A stretch of 64,000 nucleotides of DNA from an uncultured virus (IMG/VR IMGVR_UViG_3300010885_047022) (Duplodnaviria; Heunggongvirae; Uroviricota; Caudoviricetes). The stretch spans positions 1 through 64,000 of the IMG/VR virus record IMGVR_UViG_3300010885_047022, one strand, 5' to 3'. The notes under the pieces are model-generated. The model was given only the letters and a program-made list of their open reading frames with translations, made no database searches and was not told where the DNA came from. Of this stretch, positions 45,851 to 56,499 are shown piece after piece; position 1 is the stretch's first letter; the number at the start of each line of letters is the position of its first letter. A program made the position numbers and the translations under genes.

Positions 45851-48800
45851 CTACGCATAGTTTTTTATCCTGTTGTAATAGAATCTATAGTCACTGGCGG
45901 CGCCGCCAAAATATCCGGTGAATGTACTGGGATTTGTTATCTTTAGGGCGTCATTTATTGACCAGACATCTTGTTTAATAAATGCATTTTGCAGTGTGCC
46001 GTCATGGACTGATCTTTTAATTGTCTTATTTGAAAAAATAGAAACCGTAACTAATGCATTAGTGACAAATATACGAGTTGTTGGATTATATTCCGTTCTC
46101 GTCCAATGCCACGTTTCTACTGGAATTCGAGTATCTACTGGTGAGGTAGCAACTGTGGTAGGAGGTGCAGTAGTAACTGGTATAGTAGTAGTAGTAGTAG
46201 CAGCAGCTGGAACAGTAGTCGTGGTAGTAGCTGGGGGCACAGTAGTGCGAGGCACGGTTGTGGGAGGTGCGGTTGTGGGAGGTGTAGTGATTGTAGGTGA
46301 ACCACCAGTTGTTCCACTATCATTATTTGGCTTAACGACTACAGAGCCAAAGGAAGCACTCGTATATGTTCCTGTATTAGAAACACCCGCTGCTGCTAAT
46401 ATTGCTGATGTTATACCAGCTATATCTTCTGCGGTTAGGGCAGGCGGTTTCTTTGGATCTCCCGAGAAATACCATATTCTAGTATCTTTATGGATATCTA
46501 TATCGCCAGTATATGGAAACACATTATTTGCGCTTGAGCCAACTGTAGCTCTCAATAATCCTAGATCATCGATAGCTGATTGGATGGATATGCAACTGGC
46601 GCTAACTGATTCTGATTTTCCAGTAGTTTTAGTCGGATTAGTGGTAACTGTTCTTACTTCTTTTAGTGAGGCATTAAATGTGGCAGTTAGGGTAGTATTT
46701 AAAGTTATATTAAATGATAAAGGTTTATCTACGGCTCTTGCGTAATTATATTTAGATATTAAATTAAATGGATAAGATCTAAAAGAATTTAATACATTTA
46801 ATTCATTATTTAGTCTTCGTGTACCAGAAGTGCTATATTGGCTATCAATAATTGCGTAGGCGCCAAAATTACTTGGTATTGTTAACTTTGGAGAAACTTT
46901 ATTTGTATATGCGTAACATTTAACATTTGGATCTGTAACCTTGAATAAGTAATATGATGAAGGTATATTTTCATTGTTAATATTTGTACTCGTATCCACA
47001 ACTGTAGCATTACTTATTGTAATATCAGGATTTGTTACCTCTATAAATATTTCAATATTGGATGATGATAGAGTTTGAACTATTTCCCTTTGTGCAGGTG
47101 GCAAAAAGTTGGTTAGAGATGATTTATAAAAATCAAACATAGAATTATTATTATTTATAATATTTCTGACATATTTAGATTCTAAATTATTAATTGATAT
47201 CTGTGTAAAATATTGTTCTTTTTCATCTTCAAAAAGAGCGTCTTGATCCATAGTCCACGATGAGTCCCACTGTGTAATGAAATTATATAAAGAACTTCTG
47301 ATATCTATAGAACGAGTTGCTTGGCTTCTGCAATATAGGGCATAGGATACTATGTTATATAAAAGTTTAAAGGGACCCTCAACGATACCAGAATACAACG
47401 TAGTTCCACTGGGATCTGCTGCAGTCGGGCCATAGTTTGAATCTGCGACTTGCTCTGGACTATTTACGCTATAAATAGAATTGCAATAGGACATTAGCGG
47501 AAACGTTGTTGCTACAATATTTCCACGCGATAGTGAATCTCCTGTATTCGGGTATGCCAACACTATACCTGCACTATATGCTGATGTAGAACTTGCGCCT
47601 AAATTTAAAAATGAGTTTGCTACTGCTGCATTATTGAAGTATTTATATCTTTTAAAAGCGTTCCCCCTATATGAATAATTAGATCCATATATTCCATAGT
47701 TATCTTTTTCAAAGATACCATCTTGTATTGTCCATCCACCATTTTTAGTATTATCTAATAATACATTAGTATCCACATTATCAATATAATTAGATGAAGT
47801 TGTTGCTGAACTTAAGCTTAATTGTCTATTTAGAGCTGTGGCATTGCATGTCCCATCACTCATATCAATAATCAGAGTTCCATTTTTTCTTAGAAATTCT
47901 TGAAGTTTAGCGTTTTGATTTGCATTTATTGCTGCTGATGGAGACCACGCTAAAACATCAAAATTATTAAGATCATCAATAGAATCTATATTGACCTTCC
48001 AATAAGAGGCCAATGTTTTGTCTGTACCTGTTGCGTTGGGATTAACAAATGTATATTTAGCTAAATTAAACGGAGAGTTTTGTAACCTTGCGAAAACATA
48101 TGGGTTAACAGTAGAATTATTTTCTTGAGTTGGTGAGCTATATAAAACCCCAACATTTACAGTTTTCTGTACAATAGCGCCAGAAGAATCTACTTCTGAA
48201 CCATAGTTAACTTGATCAAAATTAATATTATTTCTTGTCCTGGCAATCATGCGCCAATTAAAAACTTCAAAACTTCTATAATCTTTAATTGCTTTTGACG
48301 GTACAATTATTTGATAGCCACTCTGTTTATTGACTTCAGAAATTAGAGTACGATATTTATCATCTATTTTTTTAATAGAAAAATTATTTTTATCTTTGTA
48401 GTTATCATCTATGACAAATGATTCTTCTGGAACTTCATAAAAATAAGGAACAGCATTTACTGTTTCAGTATAATTTAAAATTAAATTAAATGGATTAGCG
48501 TTGTCGTCGCATTCTATTTTGTCATATACTAGTTTTAGATTATTTGGTTTATCTGAATCAAAAAGAACTATAATTCTATAGGGCCATTGATTACCTTGAT
48601 AGTTATCCAAAGTTTTAAATGGCTCTAAAAGAATTCTATATTTTTTAGTATTAGTTATCGCATCAATATATTCATTGTTATTCCCGTCAATAACTTTTAT
48701 ATTTAGACCAGAAATAGATTCGGCTGGCATATATTGCTTTAAAGATATCAGGGATATATTTGCGGGGCCATTGATAAAATATCTACTCATGTACATATAA

Positions 48801-49153
48801 TGAACAAAACCGTCTGCATTGGTTTGAGTAATATCTATTTTTTCTGCATTAGTTGATCTATTTAAAAATATATTTCCAACAGTAATATCATTACTTGGAA
48901 AATCATAACTTCCGTCTATTTTCTTCAAAAAGCCTAGTTCGTCTGCAAAAGCTATGGTTGCTTTTAATCCATCTTCATTTGTAATTCTATTTTCCTGTAT
49001 GCTCCCAGATATATCCACTATAGAAATATTGTTGCGTGGATTCACTTTTAGAGAAGAAAACCATGATATGCCAGCGGCTTCCGTAGGAACATTCTTGCCA
49101 ATTTTAACTGACTTCTCATTGCCGTCTGTTGTTAAGTTTTCAAATTTTTTCAT
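45851..49153 (-). CDS. Large structural protein with Thr/Pro-rich linker
   Basis: 1100-aa ORF; PPTTAPPTTVP...TTTTT linker near C-terminus. Confidence 0.65.
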   Translation of the reverse strand: MKKFENLTTDGNEKSVKIGKNVPTEAAGISWFSSLKVNPRNNISIVDISGSIQENRITNEDGLKATIAFADELGFLKKIDGSYDFPSNDITVGNIFLNRSTNAEKIDITQTNADGFVHYMYMSRYFINGPANISLISLKQYMPAESISGLNIKVIDGNNNEYIDAITNTKKYRILLEPFKTLDNYQGNQWPYRIIVLFDSDKPNNLKLVYDKIECDDNANPFNLILNYTETVNAVPYFYEVPEESFVIDDNYKDKNNFSIKKIDDKYRTLISEVNKQSGYQIIVPSKAIKDYRSFEVFNWRMIARTRNNINFDQVNYGSEVDSSGAIVQKTVNVGVLYSSPTQENNSTVNPYVFARLQNSPFNLAKYTFVNPNATGTDKTLASYWKVNIDSIDDLNNFDVLAWSPSAAINANQNAKLQEFLRKNGTLIIDMSDGTCNATALNRQLSLSSATTSSNYIDNVDTNVLLDNTKNGGWTIQDGIFEKDNYGIYGSNYSYRGNAFKRYKYFNNAAVANSFLNLGASSTSAYSAGIVLAYPNTGDSLSRGNIVATTFPLMSYCNSIYSVNSPEQVADSNYGPTAADPSGTTLYSGIVEGPFKLLYNIVSYALYCRSQATRSIDIRSSLYNFITQWDSSWTMDQDALFEDEKEQYFTQISINNLESKYVRNIINNNNSMFDFYKSSLTNFLPPAQREIVQTLSSSNIEIFIEVTNPDITISNATVVDTSTNINNENIPSSYYLFKVTDPNVKCYAYTNKVSPKLTIPSNFGAYAIIDSQYSTSGTRRLNNELNVLNSFRSYPFNLISKYNYARAVDKPLSFNITLNTTLTATFNASLKEVRTVTTNPTKTTGKSESVSASCISIQSAIDDLGLLRATVGSSANNVFPYTGDIDIHKDTRIWYFSGDPKKPPALTAEDIAGITSAILAAAGVSNTGTYTSASFGSVVVKPNNDSGTTGGSPTITTPPTTAPPTTVPRTTVPPATTTTTVPAAATTTTTIPVTTAPPTTVATSPVDTRIPVETWHWTRTEYNPTTRIFVTNALVTVSIFSNKTIKRSVHDGTLQNAFIKQDVWSINDALKITNPSTFTGYFGGAASDYRFYYNRIKNYA

Positions 49154-52100
49154 TACTGTTCCTCATAATCTGGATGAGAATTCTCTAAGGTTGTTATATA
49201 TTCCGGAGTTGATCCAAATAGCTTTAATTGATATTGATCAAATTTTCTTAATGGAACCCATTGTTCTGGAATCCAGTTTGGTGTAGCGTTATTTGTGATA
49301 ACACTAGAAGAATCTGAATACTTATACACAAAATTAGGGGTCGCAGTTAGATCTGAATTCTGCTGCTTGCTATGAATGAAGGAACTAGGTAGGGGCAATC
49401 CTTCATTAGCATACTGAACATTATCATATGCCTCGTTCCAATAGACAATATCACCAGATATAGTAACAGCGTCTAGAGATAAATCTTCCCCATCATTTAT
49501 TAATAAGTTTCTGACTATAATTGGATCATCAATTTCAATTTTAAGGAACCAGTGACCAGGATTAGTATTGGATTGAGAGACAATATCATTGTTTATTACA
49601 AAAGTGCCGTCAGAATTCGTTGTTATACTATCTGCGGGCGTTCCGTCGAAGAGGTCTAATAAAGTTCTTTCCTTAATCCAGTTAAGACCTATTGCGTGTT
49701 CAAATGGCTTATTTTTCCAATAAACTCTGCCTACAATCGACACATTAGTTAATCCATCAGCTTGGATGGAGTATCTCACTGGCGTTGCCTTTACTTGTAA
49801 ATAAAATTTATTATTAGTATATATTTTAAATGGTATTATTTTTTGATGCCCAGCGGTGGGTGTATCTGTGATCCCAGAAATTAATATTGAACTTTCATCA
49901 GTTATCGCAGGTATAGTGCCAGTGTATCTAACTATAGTTGTAGCAAAACCATTATCGTTTGTTTGGACCTGAGAATCTTCAGCCTCAATCTCCGTACCAG
50001 AAATATCGAAAGACATATTTGGCTTTAAGTTTCCATTTATATCATAAGATACTATGGATAAATACATCAAATCTTCTGGTGAATCAGTTATGTGTGCTGG
50101 TGACAGATAGGCCTCTATCGATCCATATTCGTACTCGTGAGTATCAATATAGACATAGCCTTCTTCTAAAGGATTGCTAACCTGATTTATATCAAGATCT
50201 ATGCTGTTATGGTTATTCATATAATCTGATTCATAGACTATTTCATAGGTAGCTGGCGAATTAGGGGTGACTACAGTTCCGCCAGATGAATAAAGCCCAT
50301 CGGCCTTAGTTGCAATGGTTAGGGTCAAGTTGTTTGTAGGAGTCGTTCCACCAAGACTTGTTCCAGGAATGGTTATTGTATTGCCTACTTGATAGTTAGA
50401 ACCACCAGCAACAATGGTGGAAGATGAGTTATCTGCCGTACCTGTCCACGAGGCGTTAGCCGTGTTGCCATCAAAGTAATCGTTAACTGTTAAACTTCTT
50501 TCTATGAGCAGCGCATCTATTTGATGCGAATCTCCACTAGAACCCGTGCCAGTTGAATACACGGTAAAGTTAATAAAAACGGTATTAGCGGGTATCGTTC
50601 CTGTGACTGACAATCGTGTAGAAGTAGCACAAGTGGAAGCCGTACCACTAACTGTAGAAATAAGGGTAAGCGCACCAGTGTAAAATTGCATCTGTATACG
50701 ATATGAGCGTGAGCCCGATTTACGCAGACAACTTATTGAGGCGGTCAGAGTATCCCCAACTCTTGAAGTGTTAAGACCATAATACACTCCGTAGGTTGCG
50801 GCTGATGAAGCAGTTGAGACTAAAGACCACGATCCTGAGCCACCAGCAATAGTCCCTGCTGTTCGCACATTAGTAGCATTGTTAGCCTGCCATCCGGTCG
50901 TATTTGCCCCAAATGATGGGTTAAGACATAAGTTTGTACGGACGGGGCTAACTGTGATAAATCCGTTGTAAGCGGTTCCTGACCCAGTTTTGACAATGGT
51001 AAATACTGCGCCACTACCAGAGCCATTAGTCCCACTTTGGGTGACTCCAGTGTAGGTTGCTGCCGTTGTAATACTAGTCCCGGAAGATGTATATGTCGTA
51101 GTTCCTTGAGCCAAAGCCGACTTTGGGTTTCCGTTAAATGAACCAAGATAGAATGCGGTGGGACTAGTAACTCCAGTAACAGTCCCTGTAGTGCTATATG
51201 AATTTGGTGTTGTGCCAGCGATAGTAGCAGTATCGCCGACTGAAAAGCCGTGAGACTTAGATGTAATGTAGCTTGTCCGATTATTAGTTGAAGAATAAAC
51301 GGCTGAGTTTATATTGGATGTAGTTTGAGGAGGGGTACTGGATAGGTATAGGTTAGCTACATAAGAATCTTTTGTGCTGGAATAGACATCTTTATCTACA
51401 TAAAAAGCGTTGTTAACATAATACACAACTTCATACTCTCTACCCTGGACTGATGGAGTAGCCTCTGAGAATGGCGAAATAACATTAGTTGCTGTACTCA
51501 AATTGTTATATAAAGTTTTTCCTGTATACAAATCTTTTACAGATATTTTAGATATATTTTCATATGCCAGATATAAGGAGTTGCCACTATTGCCAAGAAC
51601 ATTTTCAGTATTATAAAAACTTGCCTTACCTGGTGTAGCTGAATCGGTAAATATTAAATTTCTATATTGAACAGCTGGTGTAGCTGAATCGCTAGCAACA
51701 TTTATTATTACAGGTGCGCCAAATCTAGGTATAGAAGTTAATTCAATATTAAAAAACTTTCCATTATGATTTTGGGTTACTGGATTGGCATAGATATAGT
51801 GTTGGTCCTGATCAAGATATAACCAGCCGGTATTTAATCCAGTCAGATATGAACTCTCATTCAAATTAGTTCTCTTGGCGTTGACATTCACGTATGTTTT
51901 TTCACTTGAAGATATTGAGGAGTTTAAGCTCTCTAACAATATTTCCGGATTATCCACATAAGTTTCTATGCTATTCGGTGTTGTCGTAAATTTAACATAA
52001 TTGATATTATATATATCTTCTAAATCTAGATTAAAAGAAGTTCTATTTAAATCAATAGTCTGCAAGAATTTATCTTGATTATAGAAATAATTTTTTGATT

Positions 52101-55100
52101 CATTTATTTTATTATAAGTATTATTATTTTCATCAATATAACCAGTAAATACATTTGGTGTTGTAGTGGCAGTAAAGATATCATTACTAATTTTATCAAA
52201 TGGATAATGAGTTGTAGGAGTCGCAGCATCGACGATAATATAGTCCGGAGTAGCACGGGGGTTACTTGCGGTTCCGCCAGATGAATAAAGCCCATCGGCC
52301 TTAGTTGCAATGGTTAGCGTCAGGTTGTTCGCGGGGGTCGTACCACCAAGACTTGCGCCAGGAATGGTGATAGTATTACCGACCTGGTAGTTGGAACCAC
52401 CAGCGGTTATTGTGACTGTAATAAACCCACTGTAAGCGGTGCCTGAACCAGTTTTCTGGATAGTAAATACTGCGCCACTACCAGAGCCATTAGTCGCACT
52501 TTGCGTTTTCCCAGTGTAGGTTGCTGCGGCGGTGACGCTAGTCCCGGAAGCCGTAAATGTCGTAGTGCCTTGAGCCAAAGCTGACTTTGGGTTCCCGTTA
52601 AATAATGCAAAATAAAATGTGTTAGTACTGTTGATGCCAGCAATAGTCCTTGTAGTGCTATAGGAACTTGGTGTTGTGCCAGTTATTGTAATGCTGTCAC
52701 CAACTGCAAAACCGTGAGGTCTAGACGTCGTGTATTGGGTTGTCCCGTAAATGGTAAAAGCGGCACCTGTTATAGCATGAGAATAATTAGGATAAAGAAA
52801 GTTAACTGTTGCAGATGTTAAGTAGTTCTTAGACCCTATTGCAGTATCATCTGATCTATGAAATGCATACTTAATATTTGGAGATGATGGAACCAAGTAT
52901 GAGTTTTGAGTATATGGATCTATTGCATATCCGCCATGAGAAGAATATGATCCAGAACGGTAAAGATTTTGTATCGCTGGAGTAGCTGCATTTATGTATA
53001 GATAGTTCAGAGATGAGTCTGGTGGATATATGATCTTATCTAATAAATCATCTTTAAAAGATATAATTTTATTTTCTTTGCCGGAAGCAGATATATCATT
53101 TATAGAGTTTAATACAATATTAGAAGTTAATACATCAGAATTTTTTACTTCTTGCTTAGTCGTATAAACAGTTGATCCAATTCGTAGATTTGCATTTACA
53201 TAGTCGATATTTGGTGATGTTAGCGTGGTAGAGGTATTCGCGCTTGGGTTAGATTTATACGCTATAGGCGAAGTATTGAAAGAAGCCCTGTAACCAGCGA
53301 CTGGCACTGTAATGTACGCCTGTGTTGCCTGATCCCATCTAACGCTATATGTAGTCTTAATGCTGGCTGCGTCATAGATGCTAATTGAATTTGATGCTGG
53401 GGTAGCCTGTGTATTATAGTACACGTCATTTGTTACTTTATTTCTAAACTCAAGATCAGTTAAAGTTAGTCCATCTTGATCAAATATCTTTATTAGATTA
53501 AACTCTGGACTTGCAGAGTTAGTAGATAAAAATCTATTTCCAACATACATATCATCTCTATCTAGATAGGAGAGATTTGTATAGAAAGTACTTGTCGCTG
53601 CATAGTTGTCGTGTGGTGGCAATACGATTTCGTACGCCAGTGCTACACCTCTATCATTCGCCCGACCTGCTTCATAATCTGAAACTGTTCTAGTATAATT
53701 TAAATACCAAGAATAATGGATGTCTACTGGAGAATACACATATGAAGGAGTGCTGCTTAGCTTTGTTCCACCTATTTCTATAGATCCAGAAAATGATATC
53801 GTTGCTGCTTCAACTGGATCTATTATTAACTTAGCGTCATCAAAATCACCAACACCTGGTTGATAGTATGCAGCTGGCAGATCTGTATCTGTATCATAAA
53901 TCGCTGCAATTCTGCTTATACCTTCACCTAGTGTGCCTGCATAATCCCATACTCCATCGCCCCAATTCACATATCCTAAATTACTTGGATATTTAATATT
54001 TAAATTTTCCACTAATTGTTTAAAGGCCGGAAGTGGTTTGCCATCTTCAGAAAAATAATCTGTGGAAGATTCAATATCAGATATTTCTAGAATTTCTGGA
54101 GTTGCACCTAGATAATCGGAATCTGGAGTTGCACCATATGCTCTCCATAAATCTAATTCTCGCCTAATAGTTTTCTTGTACGCGTCCGCGGAAACACCAG
54201 GAATATTCTTAGTGACATCTAAAATTCTCTTTTTATAATTAGAGTTTGACTCTAGATTAAGCCTCGGTAGGCTAACACGAGCGCCAAATTCATCAAAGTC
54301 ATTATACATATTTAAAGGATCTTGATTATATATAATTCCATTAATATTTAAAACTGAGAAATTTCTCATTGTAATTAATTGACGATCTAACATATTGTAA
54401 TAGAATACATAGTCTGTTGATCTTGAATTAAAGAAATCTAATAAAGATGAAACTCGACCTAGAGGTATATCGTCACCAGTAATTGTATTTATATTAGGAG
54501 GCACGTTATATGAGACATGGCACCATGCTAATTCATTGATATCTGCGCTATTAATATACGCATTAATTCCATAAAGATCAATTTGAGCAGATATATAATC
54601 TAAATTTTCGCCTAATAATGCATTTAAGAACGCGCCACCAGTAGACTGCGGTATTGCTAGACTGGGCGTTGCATCCGCCATTGAATCTTCGAATAAAGCT
54701 GTCCAAGATGGAAATCTTTTAAGAATGTTTCTGACAGAATTAGAAATAACTGGTGGGATTGGATCATAAATCCCTATTTCTAAATAAAATACTAGACCAA
54801 GTAAATTGATATCTATTTCGTCGGCATATATCTCAAGTTCTACTTTTACGTAGGGCTTTGCATTCCTGATAAAAATAGCATTAGTCTCTCCACTGAGAGC
54901 CGACTTTAGCCATGGCCCATCTTCAGCATCTGATTCATACATCTGAAGGTTAAAAGTTGGAGATATAGTTCCAGGTATATTAGTAAAAATATGCCTGTAA
55001 CTTAAAATATCAATCCTAGAAGAAGTGTCTATAAATCTTTGTATGCTTGGAGTTGCTTGTTCATATATCACTTCTCCGATATTAGTCATATATATTGTGT

Positions 55101-55317
55101 CAGCATTAAGTGCAGTGTAGCCATCTAGAGTCGATGGTGAAGTAAGTTCTGTTCCGACATAGGTTTTATCACCTATTGTATTTAATCCCAGTGCTGATCT
55201 TGTGGAAGAATAGTTCTTATATTGATCGTTGCTATATAAATTTATAGCGTCAGTCGTCCATATATTATCTGATTTATTAAAATCAGAACTTTTTAAAAGT
55301 AGTAAATATTGCTTCAT
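49153..55317 (-). CDS. 2054-aa baseplate wedge / tail-fibre-like protein with inserted receptor-binding modules
   Basis: FDEFG...LPRL-ESN-YK-RI wedge-like motif; duplicated beta modules; Ig-like TNDNGFA/TNSDG motifs; follows baseplate J. Confidence 0.7.
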   Translation of the reverse strand: MKQYLLLLKSSDFNKSDNIWTTDAINLYSNDQYKNYSSTRSALGLNTIGDKTYVGTELTSPSTLDGYTALNADTIYMTNIGEVIYEQATPSIQRFIDTSSRIDILSYRHIFTNIPGTISPTFNLQMYESDAEDGPWLKSALSGETNAIFIRNAKPYVKVELEIYADEIDINLLGLVFYLEIGIYDPIPPVISNSVRNILKRFPSWTALFEDSMADATPSLAIPQSTGGAFLNALLGENLDYISAQIDLYGINAYINSADINELAWCHVSYNVPPNINTITGDDIPLGRVSSLLDFFNSRSTDYVFYYNMLDRQLITMRNFSVLNINGIIYNQDPLNMYNDFDEFGARVSLPRLNLESNSNYKKRILDVTKNIPGVSADAYKKTIRRELDLWRAYGATPDSDYLGATPEILEISDIESSTDYFSEDGKPLPAFKQLVENLNIKYPSNLGYVNWGDGVWDYAGTLGEGISRIAAIYDTDTDLPAAYYQPGVGDFDDAKLIIDPVEAATISFSGSIEIGGTKLSSTPSYVYSPVDIHYSWYLNYTRTVSDYEAGRANDRGVALAYEIVLPPHDNYAATSTFYTNLSYLDRDDMYVGNRFLSTNSASPEFNLIKIFDQDGLTLTDLEFRNKVTNDVYYNTQATPASNSISIYDAASIKTTYSVRWDQATQAYITVPVAGYRASFNTSPIAYKSNPSANTSTTLTSPNIDYVNANLRIGSTVYTTKQEVKNSDVLTSNIVLNSINDISASGKENKIISFKDDLLDKIIYPPDSSLNYLYINAATPAIQNLYRSGSYSSHGGYAIDPYTQNSYLVPSSPNIKYAFHRSDDTAIGSKNYLTSATVNFLYPNYSHAITGAAFTIYGTTQYTTSRPHGFAVGDSITITGTTPSSYSTTRTIAGINSTNTFYFALFNGNPKSALAQGTTTFTASGTSVTAAATYTGKTQSATNGSGSGAVFTIQKTGSGTAYSGFITVTITAGGSNYQVGNTITIPGASLGGTTPANNLTLTIATKADGLYSSGGTASNPRATPDYIIVDAATPTTHYPFDKISNDIFTATTTPNVFTGYIDENNNTYNKINESKNYFYNQDKFLQTIDLNRTSFNLDLEDIYNINYVKFTTTPNSIETYVDNPEILLESLNSSISSSEKTYVNVNAKRTNLNESSYLTGLNTGWLYLDQDQHYIYANPVTQNHNGKFFNIELTSIPRFGAPVIINVASDSATPAVQYRNLIFTDSATPGKASFYNTENVLGNSGNSLYLAYENISKISVKDLYTGKTLYNNLSTATNVISPFSEATPSVQGREYEVVYYVNNAFYVDKDVYSSTKDSYVANLYLSSTPPQTTSNINSAVYSSTNNRTSYITSKSHGFSVGDTATIAGTTPNSYSTTGTVTGVTSPTAFYLGSFNGNPKSALAQGTTTYTSSGTSITTAATYTGVTQSGTNGSGSGAVFTIVKTGSGTAYNGFITVSPVRTNLCLNPSFGANTTGWQANNATNVRTAGTIAGGSGSWSLVSTASSAATYGVYYGLNTSRVGDTLTASISCLRKSGSRSYRIQMQFYTGALTLISTVSGTASTCATSTRLSVTGTIPANTVFINFTVYSTGTGSSGDSHQIDALLIERSLTVNDYFDGNTANASWTGTADNSSSTIVAGGSNYQVGNTITIPGTSLGGTTPTNNLTLTIATKADGLYSSGGTVVTPNSPATYEIVYESDYMNNHNSIDLDINQVSNPLEEGYVYIDTHEYEYGSIEAYLSPAHITDSPEDLMYLSIVSYDINGNLKPNMSFDISGTEIEAEDSQVQTNDNGFATTIVRYTGTIPAITDESSILISGITDTPTAGHQKIIPFKIYTNNKFYLQVKATPVRYSIQADGLTNVSIVGRVYWKNKPFEHAIGLNWIKERTLLDLFDGTPADSITTNSDGTFVINNDIVSQSNTNPGHWFLKIEIDDPIIVRNLLINDGEDLSLDAVTISGDIVYWNEAYDNVQYANEGLPLPSSFIHSKQQNSDLTATPNFVYKYSDSSSVITNNATPNWIPEQWVPLRKFDQYQLKLFGSTPEYITTLENSHPDYEEQ
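50276..52602 (-). repeat. Intragenic duplication: copy A 52271-52602; copy B 50276-51138, interrupted at about 50416-50948
   Basis: 47 identical nt at 52271-52317 and 50276-50322; near-identical peptide FNGNPKSALAQGTT...KADGLYSSGGT. Confidence 0.95.
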
Positions 55318-55329
55318 GCAACAACCTTT

Positions 55330-56499
55330 TTAATAATTAGAGGATCCTATTATAACAGAATATATATTAACATTTCCAGCTGTAATATATTCTTTTATAC
55401 TATTAGGTATAAAATCTTTTAATGGGAGTTCTCTTCCATCCGCAGTAAATGTATTAATAGTTACCCCTCTTATAAGATCAGAAGAAAGTTTTATTTGCTG
55501 TTCAATTTGCGATAATGAAATAGTATCACCAATAGTCATTGAATTTAAATACCGCTTAACGAATAAAGATGCTTGATTGCGCACTCCATTAATAATAGAA
55601 TCTGAATTTCCAGATGAAAGAGTCACAGTTGCCGACACACTAACGCTAATCTTTTCAGCAACTCTGACGTTAAACCTAACTCCTACTGGCTTAACAGCAC
55701 TGATTGCACTGAGAATGGCTTGGGGCAGAGCTTTAATGGCAGATGATACTTCTGGGACAACTATGATGTCACAAGAACCTATACCATAAGAGGCCTCACG
55801 TATTCTAACATCCTTAACGCCTTTTACAGAAAGGGCAGCAAAACGTACAGATTCAACTGTTCCTGGAGCCTTAGTCTTCATAGAGGCAAGGATTCTTCTG
55901 CGATAGTTGTCATCAGACTCTGAGGTAATATTTGAATAAATTTCTTTAGGGTTATTCGAATACACTACAACTGTTGGGGGAGCAATAAAATTGTGCTTAG
56001 TAAGTGAATTTTTAGGAGCTACATAAGAGTTATCGGAGAAATTAGGTTCAGCTCTACCGTAAGATCTGGTGGCTCCAGCCGGAATAGAGACTGTTGATGA
56101 CAGTTTATAGCTATATTGTTTGCTAGTGAAATTAGATACGTCATTATATAGCAGTGTCCCTGCTGGTATAGTCACACCAGCACTATGGGGTTTATCAATA
56201 AAGAATTCGATATTAAAAGATTGTCTTTCTTCTGCTACAAAATTTGTTACAGATTTTCTTGAAACACCATATAGATCACCAATTAAGTCAAGATTTCTGC
56301 CAGAAGCTGTGCTCAAATTACTTTGAGAAACTGTAAATCTAAAAGCTTCATAAAGATCAGATATTTCAGAACTTACTGATTCTGCAAAAGCTCTGGCTAT
56401 AGATCCTGGATATATGGCTGTAATGCCAGCATTTTTTTCAAGTCCATTCAGTATGGAGACTAGGATTTCTGATTTATTTTTAACGCCGTAAACAGCCAT
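55330..56499 (-). CDS. Baseplate J-like protein
   Basis: PGSIAR, TASGRNLDLIG-YGV-RK, IPAGT, ESDDNYRRR, V-GV-DV, KPVGV. Confidence 0.88.
   Translation of the reverse strand: MAVYGVKNKSEILVSILNGLEKNAGITAIYPGSIARAFAESVSSEISDLYEAFRFTVSQSNLSTASGRNLDLIGDLYGVSRKSVTNFVAEERQSFNIEFFIDKPHSAGVTIPAGTLLYNDVSNFTSKQYSYKLSSTVSIPAGATRSYGRAEPNFSDNSYVAPKNSLTKHNFIAPPTVVVYSNNPKEIYSNITSESDDNYRRRILASMKTKAPGTVESVRFAALSVKGVKDVRIREASYGIGSCDIIVVPEVSSAIKALPQAILSAISAVKPVGVRFNVRVAEKISVSVSATVTLSSGNSDSIINGVRNQASLFVKRYLNSMTIGDTISLSQIEQQIKLSSDLIRGVTINTFTADGRELPLKDFIPNSIKEYITAGNVNIYSVIIGSSNY

Noticed and set aside
45833..45853. Stop-codon read-through or alternative genetic code fusing two in-frame structural genes
   Set aside because: Two different stops (TAG, then TAA) intervene; TAA, TAG and TGA all end genes normally and long ORFs are intact in code 11
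45918..46745. 275-aa plus-strand ORF rich in Val/Gly
   Set aside because: It is the antisense shadow of the Thr/Pro-rich linker, with no SD or promoter
50276..52602. Diversity-generating retroelement template/variable repeat pair
   Set aside because: Both copies are in-frame coding, differences are not adenine-specific, and no reverse transcriptase is in the window
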